Origin: Flavobacteriales bacterium
GTDB lineage: Bacteria; Bacteroidota; Bacteroidia; Flavobacteriales_C; GCA-002722245
NCBI GenBank assembly: GCA_046074525.1
Contig: JBJTOK010000038.1
Location: 128,305-192,304, forward strand
Reading direction: 5' to 3'
Length of the DNA stretch: 64,000 nt
This document shows positions 27,575 through 37,869 of the stretch, piece by piece. The translations under genes were made by a program, and so were the position numbers. The notes beneath the pieces were generated by a model, which was not told the DNA's origin, ran no database searches, and saw nothing but the letters and a program-made list of their open reading frames with translations. How positions within the stretch are numbered: the first letter of the stretch is position 1; the number at the start of each line of letters is the position of its first letter.

Positions 27575-30220
27575 ATGAATTTCAACAACTTTACCATAAA
27601 AGCACAGGAAGCCATTCAACGGGCTCAGCAAATTGCCATGGAAAAAGGAAACCAGGCAATTGAAAACGGACACATCATCAAAGGGATTTTTGAAGTAGAT
27701 GAAAACGTGACTCCCTTTCTGTTGAAAAAACTGGGAATCAATGACGCTATTATTAAACAGGCCTTGGACAAAATCATCGACTCCTATCCTAAGGTGAGCG
27801 GCGGCAATCAAACCATTGGTCGCTTTGCCATGGAAGGTCTCAACAAGGCACAAAACCTTATTAAGGAGTTCAAAGACGAATACGTTTCCATTGAGCATTT
27901 GCTACTAGGAATTATCTCCACGAAAGACAATGCAGCTCAGTTACTCAAAGACATGGGCGTGAAGGAAAATGAACTCAAGCAAGCCATTCTTGAATTACGT
28001 AAAGGCGAAAGAGTAACTTCCCAAAGTCAGGAAGAAACGTATAACTCCCTCAATAAATACGCTAAAAATTTAAACGCACTGGCCAAGGAAGCAAAGCTTG
28101 ACCCGGTGATTGGCCGGGATGATGAAATCCGTCGTGTATTACAGATTTTATCACGAAGAACAAAGAACAATCCGATACTGATTGGTGAGCCAGGTGTTGG
28201 TAAAACAGCCATTGCCGAAGGGATTGCGCATCGTATCATCAATGGCGACGTGCCTGAAAACCTGAAGGATAAAACATTGTATTCTCTCGATATGGGAGCG
28301 CTTATCGCCGGGGCAAAATACAAAGGGGAATTTGAAGAAAGACTCAAGGCCGTAGTGAAAGAAGTGACATCTGCGGAAGGACAAATTATTTTGTTCATTG
28401 ATGAAATCCACACTTTGGTTGGTGCCGGAGGTGGTGGTGAAGGTGCCATGGACGCCGCCAATATTCTCAAACCTGCTTTAGCAAGAGGTGAGCTGCGTGC
28501 TATTGGCGCCACTACACTCAATGAATACCAAAAGTATTTCGAAAAAGACAAAGCACTGGAGCGCCGCTTCCAGAAAGTAAATGTTGATGAACCTTCTACT
28601 GAAGATGCTATTTCTATATTGCGCGGACTCAAAGAACGCTATGAAAATCACCATAAAGTGCAAATCAAGGACGAAGCAATTATCGCTGCTGTAGAGCTTT
28701 CGCAACGATATATCACCGACCGCTTCCTGCCCGATAAAGCCATCGACCTTATTGACGAAGCCGCTTCAAAACTACGCATGGAAATCAACTCTAAACCTGA
28801 AGAATTGGATGAGCTGGAAAGAAAAATCATGCAATTGGAAATTGAGCGCGAAGCCATTAAACGTGAAGGAGACGAAGCTAAATCGGCCCGACTTTCAGAA
28901 GAACTGGCCAATTTAGGCGAGCAAAGAAACAGTTTGAAAGCCAAATGGGAATCTGAAAAAAGTATTGTAGAAACCATTCAGAAAGCCAAAGAAAAAATAG
29001 AACACCTGAAACTTGAAGCCGAACAGGCAGAGCGTTCAGGAAATTACGGACTGGTGGCTGAAATCCGCTATGGCCGAGTGAAAGAAGCCGAAGCCGAACT
29101 GGAAAACGGCAAGAAAAAACTGGGCGAATTGCAACATTCTTCCAAGATGATTAAGGAGGAAGTAGACAGCGAAGAAATTGCTGATGTGGTGAGTAAATGG
29201 ACAGGAATTCCTGTTCAGAAAATGGTGGAAAGTGAAGTACAGAAACTGCTCCGCCTCGAAGATGAATTACACAAAACCGTGATCGGCCAGGAAGAAGCGA
29301 TTCAGGCTATCGCCGATGCCGTACGCCGTAACCGCGCTGGTTTGCAGGATGTCAACCGACCAATAGGCTCCTTCATTTTCCTTGGTACCACCGGTGTTGG
29401 TAAAACCGAATTAGCAAAGGCACTTTCAGATTATCTCTTCAACGACCGCAACGCTATGGTGCGTATCGACATGAGTGAGTATCAGGAAAAACACGCTGTG
29501 TCACGCCTCGTTGGCGCACCTCCGGGATACGTGGGTTATGAAGAAGGCGGTCAACTTACAGAAGCTGTGCGCAGAAAACCTTATTCGGTAGTGCTTCTCG
29601 ATGAGATTGAAAAAGCGCATCCTGATGTTTTCAACATCTTATTACAAGTGCTGGATGATGGTCGCCTGACCGACAACAAAGGTCGCGTGGTGAACTTCAA
29701 AAACACAATCATCATCATGACTTCCAACCTTGGAGCCCATATTATACAGGCCAACTTTGCCGATTTGAAAAACAAAAAAATCGACAAAGTGATGGAGCAA
29801 ACCAAAACCGAAGTATTTGAAATGCTGCGTCAAACCATCCGTCCGGAGTTCCTCAACCGTATTGATGAAACTATTCTGTTCGCTCCATTGAGCAAGAGTA
29901 ATATTCATGGCATTGTTAAAATACAGTTGCGTCACCTGGAAGAGCGACTTGCTCACCAGGGCATCACAATGGAAGCAAGTGAATTTGCACTCGATGCTCT
30001 TTCGGAAAAAGGTTATGATCCTCAGTTTGGTGCGCGTCCGCTCAAAAGAGTTATACAGCGTGATGTACTGAATGAGCTCTCAAAAGAAATATTGAGAGGC
30101 AATATCAAACCACATTCCCATATCCTGCTGGATATTTTCGATGACAAATTTGTCTTTAGAAATAAGGATCTTGAAAAACTCAAAGAACTCGTTGATGAAA
30201 CAGAAAAAGGTAAGAAGTAA
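27575..30220 (+). CDS. clpB: ATP-dependent chaperone ClpB
   Basis: Two AAA+ modules (GEPGVGKTA, GTTGVGKTE), long middle coiled-coil, 881 aa, Clp N-domain. Confidence 0.95.
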   Translation: MNFNNFTIKAQEAIQRAQQIAMEKGNQAIENGHIIKGIFEVDENVTPFLLKKLGINDAIIKQALDKIIDSYPKVSGGNQTIGRFAMEGLNKAQNLIKEFKDEYVSIEHLLLGIISTKDNAAQLLKDMGVKENELKQAILELRKGERVTSQSQEETYNSLNKYAKNLNALAKEAKLDPVIGRDDEIRRVLQILSRRTKNNPILIGEPGVGKTAIAEGIAHRIINGDVPENLKDKTLYSLDMGALIAGAKYKGEFEERLKAVVKEVTSAEGQIILFIDEIHTLVGAGGGGEGAMDAANILKPALARGELRAIGATTLNEYQKYFEKDKALERRFQKVNVDEPSTEDAISILRGLKERYENHHKVQIKDEAIIAAVELSQRYITDRFLPDKAIDLIDEAASKLRMEINSKPEELDELERKIMQLEIEREAIKREGDEAKSARLSEELANLGEQRNSLKAKWESEKSIVETIQKAKEKIEHLKLEAEQAERSGNYGLVAEIRYGRVKEAEAELENGKKKLGELQHSSKMIKEEVDSEEIADVVSKWTGIPVQKMVESEVQKLLRLEDELHKTVIGQEEAIQAIADAVRRNRAGLQDVNRPIGSFIFLGTTGVGKTELAKALSDYLFNDRNAMVRIDMSEYQEKHAVSRLVGAPPGYVGYEEGGQLTEAVRRKPYSVVLLDEIEKAHPDVFNILLQVLDDGRLTDNKGRVVNFKNTIIIMTSNLGAHIIQANFADLKNKKIDKVMEQTKTEVFEMLRQTIRPEFLNRIDETILFAPLSKSNIHGIVKIQLRHLEERLAHQGITMEASEFALDALSEKGYDPQFGARPLKRVIQRDVLNELSKEILRGNIKPHSHILLDIFDDKFVFRNKDLEKLKELVDETEKGKK

Positions 30221-30223
30221 ACA

Positions 30224-30255
30224 AAAGCCCCGTATAAAGCGGGGCTTTGTTTTTT
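30224..30255 (+). terminator. Intrinsic terminator after clpB
   Basis: aaaGCCCCGtataaagCGGGGCttt followed by gtttttt. Confidence 0.75.
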
Positions 30256-30295
30256 ATCCTTCTTTCTTATATCTTCAAATTATAAACTACCTCAC

Positions 30296-30772
30296 ATGAA
30301 AAAACTTCTTTTGTATTCCATACCGGTTTTCATCTCCCTTTCCTTTGCACCGAGAAACACGGATCATTGTGATTGCGCGTTTTCCATCTCCGATATGGAA
30401 GAAGCCATGAAAGACCCTGAAAAAGTAACTTGCCTTGATTTAGGCATGAAGAAACTAAAAGTGGTGCCGGCAGATATTGCCAAACTTTCCAATCTGGAAT
30501 GCCTCGACTTATCCTTCAACCAGATTCCCTCTCTTCCCGAATCCTTTATATCACTAACCAAATTGAAATACATCAATCTTGATGGCACCCGCTACATGGC
30601 TAAAATGCCTCCGGTATTAGCCAAACTGCCAAGCCTCAAAAGAGTTGATGCCAAGGACCATCCGGAATGGAGCGCCGCCACAAAAGATGCTGGAGTAAAA
30701 TTGCTTCCGGGTGTGAATGTGGTATATGAAGAGCCTGCTGAAACGGAGGTTGATGTTCCGACGACAAAGTAA
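30296..30772 (+). CDS. Small secreted leucine-rich-repeat (LRR) protein
   Basis: Signal peptide; LxxLxLxxNxIxxLP repeats (LSNLECLDLSFNQIPSLPESFISLTKLKYINL). Confidence 0.55.
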   Translation: MKKLLLYSIPVFISLSFAPRNTDHCDCAFSISDMEEAMKDPEKVTCLDLGMKKLKVVPADIAKLSNLECLDLSFNQIPSLPESFISLTKLKYINLDGTRYMAKMPPVLAKLPSLKRVDAKDHPEWSAATKDAGVKLLPGVNVVYEEPAETEVDVPTTK

Positions 30773-30820
30773 TATAAAATGATATTAACAAGTCCAGTCA
30801 TACTGAACTTGTTTCAGAAG

Positions 30821-31789
30821 TTACTGACTCACCTTCAGCTTCATTCCAGCCGTAAGATGCGTTTTCTTATTGATGCTGTTCCAGTCGCAAAGCTGCTTAA
30901 CTGTTACACCATATTGGGTAGCTACTTTATACAAGTAATCCCCACCTTTTACCGTATGGAAAACAGTCCCGACAGGATACGCCGCAAAACCTGCTTTGGT
31001 CTTTTTCACCACTACAGTTTCACTTAAAATCTGCTTTTTATTAAGGTCGATAATGAAGCGCGGATTAACAGGATAGCCCTTAAATCTCATTTCAAAATGA
31101 AGATGCGCACCTCTTGAGCGACCTGTATTTCCCCCTTTACCAATGAGCTGACCTGGGTCAACCATATCCCCTGGCTTTACCAGTATCTTGGATAAATGAG
31201 CATATACAGTTTCAAATCCATTGTAATGACGGATCACCACCACATTGCCAAAGCTACCATAGCGCTTGGCCACGCGCACCATACCCCGGAAAGCTGATAC
31301 TACAGGATCGCCTGTATTGAGAGCGATATCAATACCGTTATGCATCTTGCCATCGCGGTAACCATATAATGAAGTAATGATTCCGTTGACTGGCATAACA
31401 AATCCGCAACCATTTAGTTTATCCACCAGGTCACAGGTATAAGTTGTATCCGTTAAAGGAAGTTCAGCAGCATGTACATTAGGATTTTCAGTATCCCATA
31501 ATTCATACAAATCATGTGATGGTGGATTGGTATCGATAGCCACTTCATAAAAAGACTCGCTTGCCAGTCGCTTATTCAAGGCATCCAACACACAATAAGA
31601 AATAGTATCCCCATTCAGAAGGGAGTCGACGAGGTAAACTAATTTTTCTTTACTAAGTTGCGATTGCTGAATCATATTTACGAGAGCTTCTTCGTCCTTT
31701 TCGGCAGCAGACTTATCGAGTCCACCTGAGGCCGAAGCAAACAAAAAGAGTCCCAGTATTATAAATATGTTCTTTAAATAAAATCGCAT
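30821..31789 (-). CDS. M23 family metallopeptidase with C-terminal LysM domain
   Basis: M23 motifs (HNGIDI...; GNTGRSRGAHLHFE), C-terminal LysM (GDYLYKVATQYGVTVKQLCDWNSI); signal peptide. Confidence 0.8.
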   Translation of the reverse strand: MRFYLKNIFIILGLFLFASASGGLDKSAAEKDEEALVNMIQQSQLSKEKLVYLVDSLLNGDTISYCVLDALNKRLASESFYEVAIDTNPPSHDLYELWDTENPNVHAAELPLTDTTYTCDLVDKLNGCGFVMPVNGIITSLYGYRDGKMHNGIDIALNTGDPVVSAFRGMVRVAKRYGSFGNVVVIRHYNGFETVYAHLSKILVKPGDMVDPGQLIGKGGNTGRSRGAHLHFEMRFKGYPVNPRFIIDLNKKQILSETVVVKKTKAGFAAYPVGTVFHTVKGGDYLYKVATQYGVTVKQLCDWNSINKKTHLTAGMKLKVSQ

Positions 31790-31863
31790 TATTCCCTGTT
31801 AAGTTTTTTATCAAGGGTCGACAAGATAGAAAAACATTATTTAACGAGCAAGCCGTTGAGCAA

Positions 31864-33510
31864 TTATTTCACAGTGAGACTGTAAACAGAACTGTTCCAG
31901 AGAGTTATCCCAACATCATCATTCAAGCCAAAAATAAGTTTGTACTCTCCTTTTTCAGGAATAGCAGGGATTTCAAATGGAATTCTACTTCCTGAAACCA
32001 GATCATTTTCCATGATTTTAGCCACTGTAAAACGGAATTCTTTATCCTTTCCTTTTACCACCACCCCTATTTCCATTGGGATGGTATCATAGCGCAAACT
32101 GTCGCCCCATTGATTTTTCACAGTTAAGGCACCCTTAAGCACCTGTCCGGAAGCCTGTTCAAAATCCCTTTTCGACAGCATCAACTGCACATACCCATAA
32201 GATTTAAAGTCCTCTTCCTTAAGATAATAAACCCCCTCTCCTTCAAGTTTTTGTGCAGTAGCAAAAGGATCTGTCCCTACTATCATCACCGTCTTCCCTT
32301 GCAGATCTTTTTGGATAGGCCATTTATCGAATTGATTTCTTCGGTACCAGAAGGAATTAATAGAAAAGGAAGGCACTCCATAATAGAAGCTGTACTTGGA
32401 AGGTTTCTGATAAGTATTTAAAAACACCACCGGCAGATCACCTGCTACCTGACGTACTTTCGGGAAAAATTCCTTATCGCGGTAAAACTGTTTTACAAAG
32501 CCAAACTTAAGTACATCGTTAGGAAACATCAATGCAATCCTGAAAACCACAAGAACAGAAACCGAGAAATAAGCAAGTGTCTTCCAGCCTCTTGCGAGAT
32601 CTGTTTTTTCGAGAACGCCATGCACAAAGAGGAGCATCGGTAGATAAGCTATCGCCCCCCAGTTCGCTTCAATAAAAGTGCGGAAGGAAAACACAAGAAA
32701 AAAGAACAAAACCAGGATGGCCGTCCACTTCATTGTCTTATTAAAGGGAGAAACGACTTGTCCCGAAAACCTAAAGAAAAGCAAAAACAACAAGGGACCG
32801 CAAAAAGCCATCTGCCCCAGCAAATACTCGTAAGTAAAGCGAAACTCATAGTTTCTGTTAACCCTATCCACCAGGTGATACTGTAATGATGGATAATCGT
32901 TTTGCACCTGCCACCATATATGAGGCACGAACAACAACAAAGCAATGAACGTGGTAAGCCAGAAAGATTTTCGGGCCAGCAACTTCAAATTAGGTAGAAG
33001 TGTAAATACAATCAGCAATATGCCATGATACTTACTGTACATCATCAGCGATGCAACGAGCCCCAACAACAAGGTGTTTTTAAGGGAATCCTTTTCCAGG
33101 TAGCACTTAAATAACCAAAGATACAAGGCACCAAAAAACATGAGTGGTACATCAGGCGCCGAAATGAATCCGAAGGCATGAAAGGCCGGCACCGATAAAA
33201 ACAAAAGAAACATTAAGCCCACCTTTCTGAACTCAGTGATACAGAATAATACACACAAAGAGAGAGAGGAAAAAAGCACTGTAAAAAGGCGGATTCCAGC
33301 TTCTGCAGGTAAAAGCCAACCACCAGCTTTGATCATCAGAGCTATCATCGGAGGATGATCGAAATAACCCCAATCCAGAAACTTGGCAAACAACCAGTAA
33401 TAAGCTTCGTCCTCGGCCAGATCAGTGAAAGCCGATAACATCATATTGAAAACAAACCACGTCACCGCAAAGATCAGCGCCCATTGTTTGTTGGATATTT
33501 TCTCTTTCAT
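31864..33510 (-). CDS. GT39/ArnT-like (PMT family) integral-membrane glycosyltransferase with C-terminal extracytoplasmic domain
   Basis: N-terminal DE..YY motif (DLAEDEAYYW) and multi-TM topology typical of GT-C fold 4-amino-4-deoxy-L-arabinose/mannosyl transferases; about 200-aa soluble C-terminus. Confidence 0.55.
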   Translation of the reverse strand: MKEKISNKQWALIFAVTWFVFNMMLSAFTDLAEDEAYYWLFAKFLDWGYFDHPPMIALMIKAGGWLLPAEAGIRLFTVLFSSLSLCVLFCITEFRKVGLMFLLFLSVPAFHAFGFISAPDVPLMFFGALYLWLFKCYLEKDSLKNTLLLGLVASLMMYSKYHGILLIVFTLLPNLKLLARKSFWLTTFIALLLFVPHIWWQVQNDYPSLQYHLVDRVNRNYEFRFTYEYLLGQMAFCGPLLFLLFFRFSGQVVSPFNKTMKWTAILVLFFFLVFSFRTFIEANWGAIAYLPMLLFVHGVLEKTDLARGWKTLAYFSVSVLVVFRIALMFPNDVLKFGFVKQFYRDKEFFPKVRQVAGDLPVVFLNTYQKPSKYSFYYGVPSFSINSFWYRRNQFDKWPIQKDLQGKTVMIVGTDPFATAQKLEGEGVYYLKEEDFKSYGYVQLMLSKRDFEQASGQVLKGALTVKNQWGDSLRYDTIPMEIGVVVKGKDKEFRFTVAKIMENDLVSGSRIPFEIPAIPEKGEYKLIFGLNDDVGITLWNSSVYSLTVK

Positions 33511-33537
33511 TTGCAGTAAAAATAAGTATTATTGTCT

Positions 33538-34440
33538 ATGCAACTGGAGAAAATTTTCGAGCTAATCGGTCATAGCGCATCAGTGTACGCGCTGGAGAAA
33601 GGACTGAATGGCAATGAAATTTTTTCAGGCAGCGGCGATAAAATCGTCACCGCGTGGGATACCGAAAAGCAGAGCAATATCTCTTTCACGATAAAAACCA
33701 ACTCCCCCGTTATTGCACTAAAGCATATCGAAAAACATAAGCTATTGCTGGTCGGACTATTCAACGGAAATCTCCATGTTATCAACACCCAGGATAAAAA
33801 AGAAGTGAAATTCCTGCCTTACCATAAAGAGGGTGTTTTCCATATCGAATACGACGAGAAAAGCGATCGCATTTTTTTGCTGAGTGGAGATGGAACAGTA
33901 TCGGCTTGGGACAGCAACTTCAAGCCGATCAAGGCTCTTGCACTGGGCAGCGACAAAATTCGATCCATGAGCATTCATAAGGATTTAAACCTGGCCGCTT
34001 TCGCCACCGGCGACGGACTAATTAAAATCATGAAGCTTTCCAACTTTGAGATCACCTATGAAATTCCTGCCCACGACAAGGTGAACGTGGTGAAATTTCA
34101 TCCCGAAAAAAAAGTATTGATGAGTGGCGGGAAAGACGCTTTCCTGAAAGTCTGGAACATAGAACACCAATACCAAAATATCATTTCCATACCTGCACAC
34201 AATTGGGCGATTTATGGCATTGAATTCAGCAGCGACAACAAACATTTTATCACCTGTAGTCGCGATAAAACCATTAAACTATGGGATGCAAAAACACTGG
34301 ATTTACTGGAGCGCGTCGACTACAAATCACATCGCGGACATACCCATTCGGTGAATTGTATTTACTGGCCTGAAGGAAAAGATTATTTCATTTCAGGAGG
34401 CGACGACAAGCGAATCATCGGCTGGAAACTCAGGAGCTGA
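33538..34440 (+). CDS. WD40-repeat protein
   Basis: Repeated WD/GH-WD units (SGSGDKIVTAWD, LSGDGTVSAWD, SGGKDAFLKVWN, TCSRDKTIKLWD, SGGDDKRIIGWK). ATG 33538 (track TTG 33532). Confidence 0.7.
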   Translation: MQLEKIFELIGHSASVYALEKGLNGNEIFSGSGDKIVTAWDTEKQSNISFTIKTNSPVIALKHIEKHKLLLVGLFNGNLHVINTQDKKEVKFLPYHKEGVFHIEYDEKSDRIFLLSGDGTVSAWDSNFKPIKALALGSDKIRSMSIHKDLNLAAFATGDGLIKIMKLSNFEITYEIPAHDKVNVVKFHPEKKVLMSGGKDAFLKVWNIEHQYQNIISIPAHNWAIYGIEFSSDNKHFITCSRDKTIKLWDAKTLDLLERVDYKSHRGHTHSVNCIYWPEGKDYFISGGDDKRIIGWKLRS

Positions 34441-34819
34441 AGCGCTTGAGCACTATCGTTCCTGTATTTCCTTTATTGTCCTTATAAGAACCCCGTAAAG
34501 TATTTCCATCAGGAGATAAAGTTAGCTCATGCACCCCCTCCGTGGCCCAGCCACTGATCTTTTGAGTCACTTTTACATTATATACAATAGTACGCCCCTT
34601 GAGCTTTCCTTTGCCGGTTTCAACAAATGACTGCCCCTCCCACTCTAAATAATGACTAAACTTGATTTGATTCCCGTCCTGGGAAATGATTGCGTAACAG
34701 TTAGAGAATGAAGTACCACAGGAGTCCTGCCATAATCCGTTTAAATTCAGTTTATCCTGAGCATTGGCAAAAAGAGCCAAAAAGAAAAATAAAATGAATA
34801 GCGCTCCAAATTTTCGCAT
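34430..34819 (-). CDS. Small secreted hypothetical protein (129 aa)
   Basis: Signal peptide MRKFGALFILFFFLALFANAQ; no recognised domain. Confidence 0.4.
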   Translation of the reverse strand: MRKFGALFILFFFLALFANAQDKLNLNGLWQDSCGTSFSNCYAIISQDGNQIKFSHYLEWEGQSFVETGKGKLKGRTIVYNVKVTQKISGWATEGVHELTLSPDGNTLRGSYKDNKGNTGTIVLKRFSS

Positions 34820-34847
34820 ACCTTTAACTGGTTGTTAGTAGTAAATA

Positions 34848-35468
34848 ATGTTTTCTGAATTTGTTTTAAAACTCAAAAATGCCCTGCAAAATCCACTTCC
34901 CGGAAGAGAAGTGCAAGTCCGCATGGCCCCCTATCACGACAAAGTAAAGGAAAAATTTAAAACCAGAACAGAAAAACCTAAAACAGCTTGTGTTTTGATT
35001 TTGATTTATCCGGTAAACAACATTCCACATCTTGTACTGATGCGCCGACCGAGTTACGACGGTCACCATAGCGGACAAATCAGCTTTCCCGGAGGAAAAC
35101 ACGAAAACGACGAAAGTTATGACTACACAGCTTTACGTGAAGCAAAAGAAGAGCTAAGCATAGTTCCTGAAAAAGTAGAAATCATCGGTGAGCTGTCTAC
35201 CTTATTCATCCCACCAAGCAATTTTGAAGTACTGCCTTTTATTGGCATCACCAAAGAAAGACCCCTATTTGCAAAGGATCCGAAGGAAGTCGATGAAATT
35301 ATTGAAATTGATCTTCCCTATATTTTATCTGACTCTTCGATAAAAGAAAGACAAATGACTTTAGCAGCAGAATTCGATTTTAATGTTCCTTATTTTGACA
35401 TAAAGGATCAGGTGGTTTGGGGCGCTACGGCGATGATATTGTTTGAGCTGAAGGAGGTGTTGAAATAG
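34848..35468 (+). CDS. NUDIX hydrolase, CoA pyrophosphatase-like
   Basis: Nudix box GGKHENDESYDYTALREAKEELSI; N-terminal region resembling NudL/CoA pyrophosphatase family. Confidence 0.65.
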   Translation: MFSEFVLKLKNALQNPLPGREVQVRMAPYHDKVKEKFKTRTEKPKTACVLILIYPVNNIPHLVLMRRPSYDGHHSGQISFPGGKHENDESYDYTALREAKEELSIVPEKVEIIGELSTLFIPPSNFEVLPFIGITKERPLFAKDPKEVDEIIEIDLPYILSDSSIKERQMTLAAEFDFNVPYFDIKDQVVWGATAMILFELKEVLK

Positions 35469-35533
35469 CTTATCAATCACTGCCCTTCTCCTTTAGAGGC
35501 GGAAGATTTTCCGTCTCTAAAAGACCAATCAAA

Positions 35534-36298
35534 TCAACCTTTTTTCGCCCGTTGCCAAATGGCCTCCATCTCATTCAAAGTCATTTCCTTTAAAGATTTT
35601 CCCTGAGCTGCGGCTTCTTTTTCTATAAATGAAAAACGGGAAATGAATTTACGATTGGTTTTTTCTAAGGCATCTTCGGGATTGATCCCCACAAAACGGG
35701 CGTAATTCACCAAAGAGAACAACACATCTCCAAACTCCTCTTCCATCTTTTCCTGATTGTTTTTACCCTCTTCTTCCTGAAACTCTTTGATTTCTTCCTG
35801 GAATTTATCCCACACCTGCGACTTATTGTCCCAATCGAAGCCCACACCTTTGGCTTTATCCTGAACACGGATAGCTTTCACCAAAGCCGGCAATGAAGAA
35901 GGAACTCCCTCCAGCACTGATTTCTTGCCTTCTTTAAGCTTCAGTTGTTCCCAGTTTCTTTTTACATCTTCCTCATTTTCCACCTTCACATCACCATAAA
36001 TATGAGGATGGCGATGAATGAGTTTATCACAAACGGTATTGAGCACATCGGCCACATCAAATTCCTTGGTTTCGGAAGCGATGCGGGAATAAAACACCAA
36101 ATGAAGAAAGAGATCGCCCAGCTCGCCTTTGATTTGCGACATATCGTTTTGCAAAATAGCATCACAAAGCTCATAAGTCTCCTCAATGGTTAGATGTCGC
36201 AATGATTCGATGGTTTGTTTTTTATCCCATGGACATTGCTCCCGCAATTCATCCATGATGGTCAGCAGCCTTTGGAAGGCCTGGAGTTTTTCATTCAT
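35534..36298 (-). CDS. mazG: Nucleoside triphosphate pyrophosphohydrolase MazG
   Basis: Tandem MazG EExxE/D motifs (IEETYELCDA...; EEEFGDVLFSLVNYAR). Confidence 0.85.
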   Translation of the reverse strand: MNEKLQAFQRLLTIMDELREQCPWDKKQTIESLRHLTIEETYELCDAILQNDMSQIKGELGDLFLHLVFYSRIASETKEFDVADVLNTVCDKLIHRHPHIYGDVKVENEEDVKRNWEQLKLKEGKKSVLEGVPSSLPALVKAIRVQDKAKGVGFDWDNKSQVWDKFQEEIKEFQEEEGKNNQEKMEEEFGDVLFSLVNYARFVGINPEDALEKTNRKFISRFSFIEKEAAAQGKSLKEMTLNEMEAIWQRAKKG

Positions 36299-37488
36299 TA
36301 TTTTGCAACGGCATTGGTAGTATCAGCCCCCACCAGAATTTCCGTCAAACCTGGCGAAGCGTATGTTTTAAGCTGGCCCTTATCATCTTTATAGACAAGA
36401 TATGCCTCAAATGACTCGAAAGGATTTGTTTCAATAAAGTCGATAGACTCATCAAGGCCCATCACCATAAAGGCAGTAGCATAAGCATCCGCCTTTCGGC
36501 ATTGCTCACCAAGAATAACAACCGCAACCATTTCGTTATCAACGGGCAAACGCTTTCTTGGATCAAAAACACCTCCAATAATCTCATTTCCTATTTTTCT
36601 TGATTTTGAATGATTTTCACAAACTGACAGGGCGGTATAATCGCCACTTAGTTTAAATCCTAATCGGGCAGCCATTTTCTTCTGCGGATTATTCACCTCC
36701 ACCGTCCATGGTGAGCCATCCGGTCGGTTCCCGGCAGAAATCACCTCCCCCCCCACATTCACAAGAAAATTTTTCATCTTGCGCTTAAACAACAAATAAG
36801 AATAAATCTCGTCGGCAATATACCCATTGGTAAGAGCGCTGAAATCCAATTGAAGATCTTTATCGTCCTTGCAGGCAAAATTATCTTGCATATCCTTATC
36901 GGCAGCTTCCTCAAAGGAATTATATAAAACATCTCCTCCAATACGCACCTTGCTATAGCCCATATGGCCTTCCATTTCCGATGAAGCCGAGTCAACATAA
37001 TTCATTATGAGTGAATCACGAATGGCTGCATTAGTAATATTTGGGTACAGGCTATTAATTTTAGCCGTGCCTTCCGGACCGAAACCCCACTCTTTGGCGA
37101 CTGTATAAACAGTTGGATCGAAAGCACTATTGGTACAGTCATACACATCATCCGACAAGAGGAACATGTCAAGGAAAACGCCATCAATAAACTCACAAGA
37201 GTCGCCGCGGTTGAATTTTGATAATTTAGAATTGCTATCGGTAAGAGAAACAGAAGCATAAACAGACTTGAAAATACTATCGATGCCTTTCTGAATATCA
37301 ACCTTAGTGGTGTCGTAGTACTTTACCGAGTATTCCAGGTCAAAATTCTTGCCCTTGGTCTCAAAAAGATTTTGCACTTTTTCAGGCTTTCTTACAATCT
37401 TTAAAAAGGAAGGAAAGAAAAAATACCAGCCCACAAACACAGCGATGAAGATGCCGGCAAATAATATGATGAGAGAGTATTTTTTCAT
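36298..37488 (-). CDS. ApbE-family FAD:protein FMN transferase-like protein (membrane-anchored)
   Basis: C-terminal ApbE-like motif (CRKADAYATAFMVMGLDE), N-terminal TM anchor; assignment moderate. Confidence 0.45.
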   Translation of the reverse strand: MKKYSLIILFAGIFIAVFVGWYFFFPSFLKIVRKPEKVQNLFETKGKNFDLEYSVKYYDTTKVDIQKGIDSIFKSVYASVSLTDSNSKLSKFNRGDSCEFIDGVFLDMFLLSDDVYDCTNSAFDPTVYTVAKEWGFGPEGTAKINSLYPNITNAAIRDSLIMNYVDSASSEMEGHMGYSKVRIGGDVLYNSFEEAADKDMQDNFACKDDKDLQLDFSALTNGYIADEIYSYLLFKRKMKNFLVNVGGEVISAGNRPDGSPWTVEVNNPQKKMAARLGFKLSGDYTALSVCENHSKSRKIGNEIIGGVFDPRKRLPVDNEMVAVVILGEQCRKADAYATAFMVMGLDESIDFIETNPFESFEAYLVYKDDKGQLKTYASPGLTEILVGADTTNAVAK

Positions 37489-37586
37489 TAAATCGGTCTG
37501 CTGAGGGTAAATTTAATGCAAGTTCACCAGATTATTCCTAATTAAGCAAAGGAACTTATCAAGGCTTGTTGATAACCCGGAACCTG

Positions 37587-37796
37587 CTAATTCAGCAAAT
37601 GGGGCGCTGCGAAAAAATCATTGATAAGTCTTTCCTGCGGACTTTCATCGATAAGGGATTGGCTCTCGAACTTTTTAACGGCCAGCATAAGTTCCCTGAG
37701 TTTTTGTTTTGACTCAGGGGTGTATGAACGCTTGTCTATGAGCTCAGCAATCCTGTCTAAAACTTTAAGATATTCAAATGTGGACTTAATTTCCAT
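37587..37796 (-). CDS. Small hypothetical protein (69 aa)
   Basis: Clean ATG, helical-looking charged sequence; no known motif. Confidence 0.3.
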   Translation of the reverse strand: MEIKSTFEYLKVLDRIAELIDKRSYTPESKQKLRELMLAVKKFESQSLIDESPQERLINDFFAAPHLLN

Positions 37797-37869
37797 TCAA
37801 ACCTGTTTATGAAACGAAAATAGTTGAAGAAGCATCAAAAGTCAAATTTTTGCCTTTGTGTTATAAACA

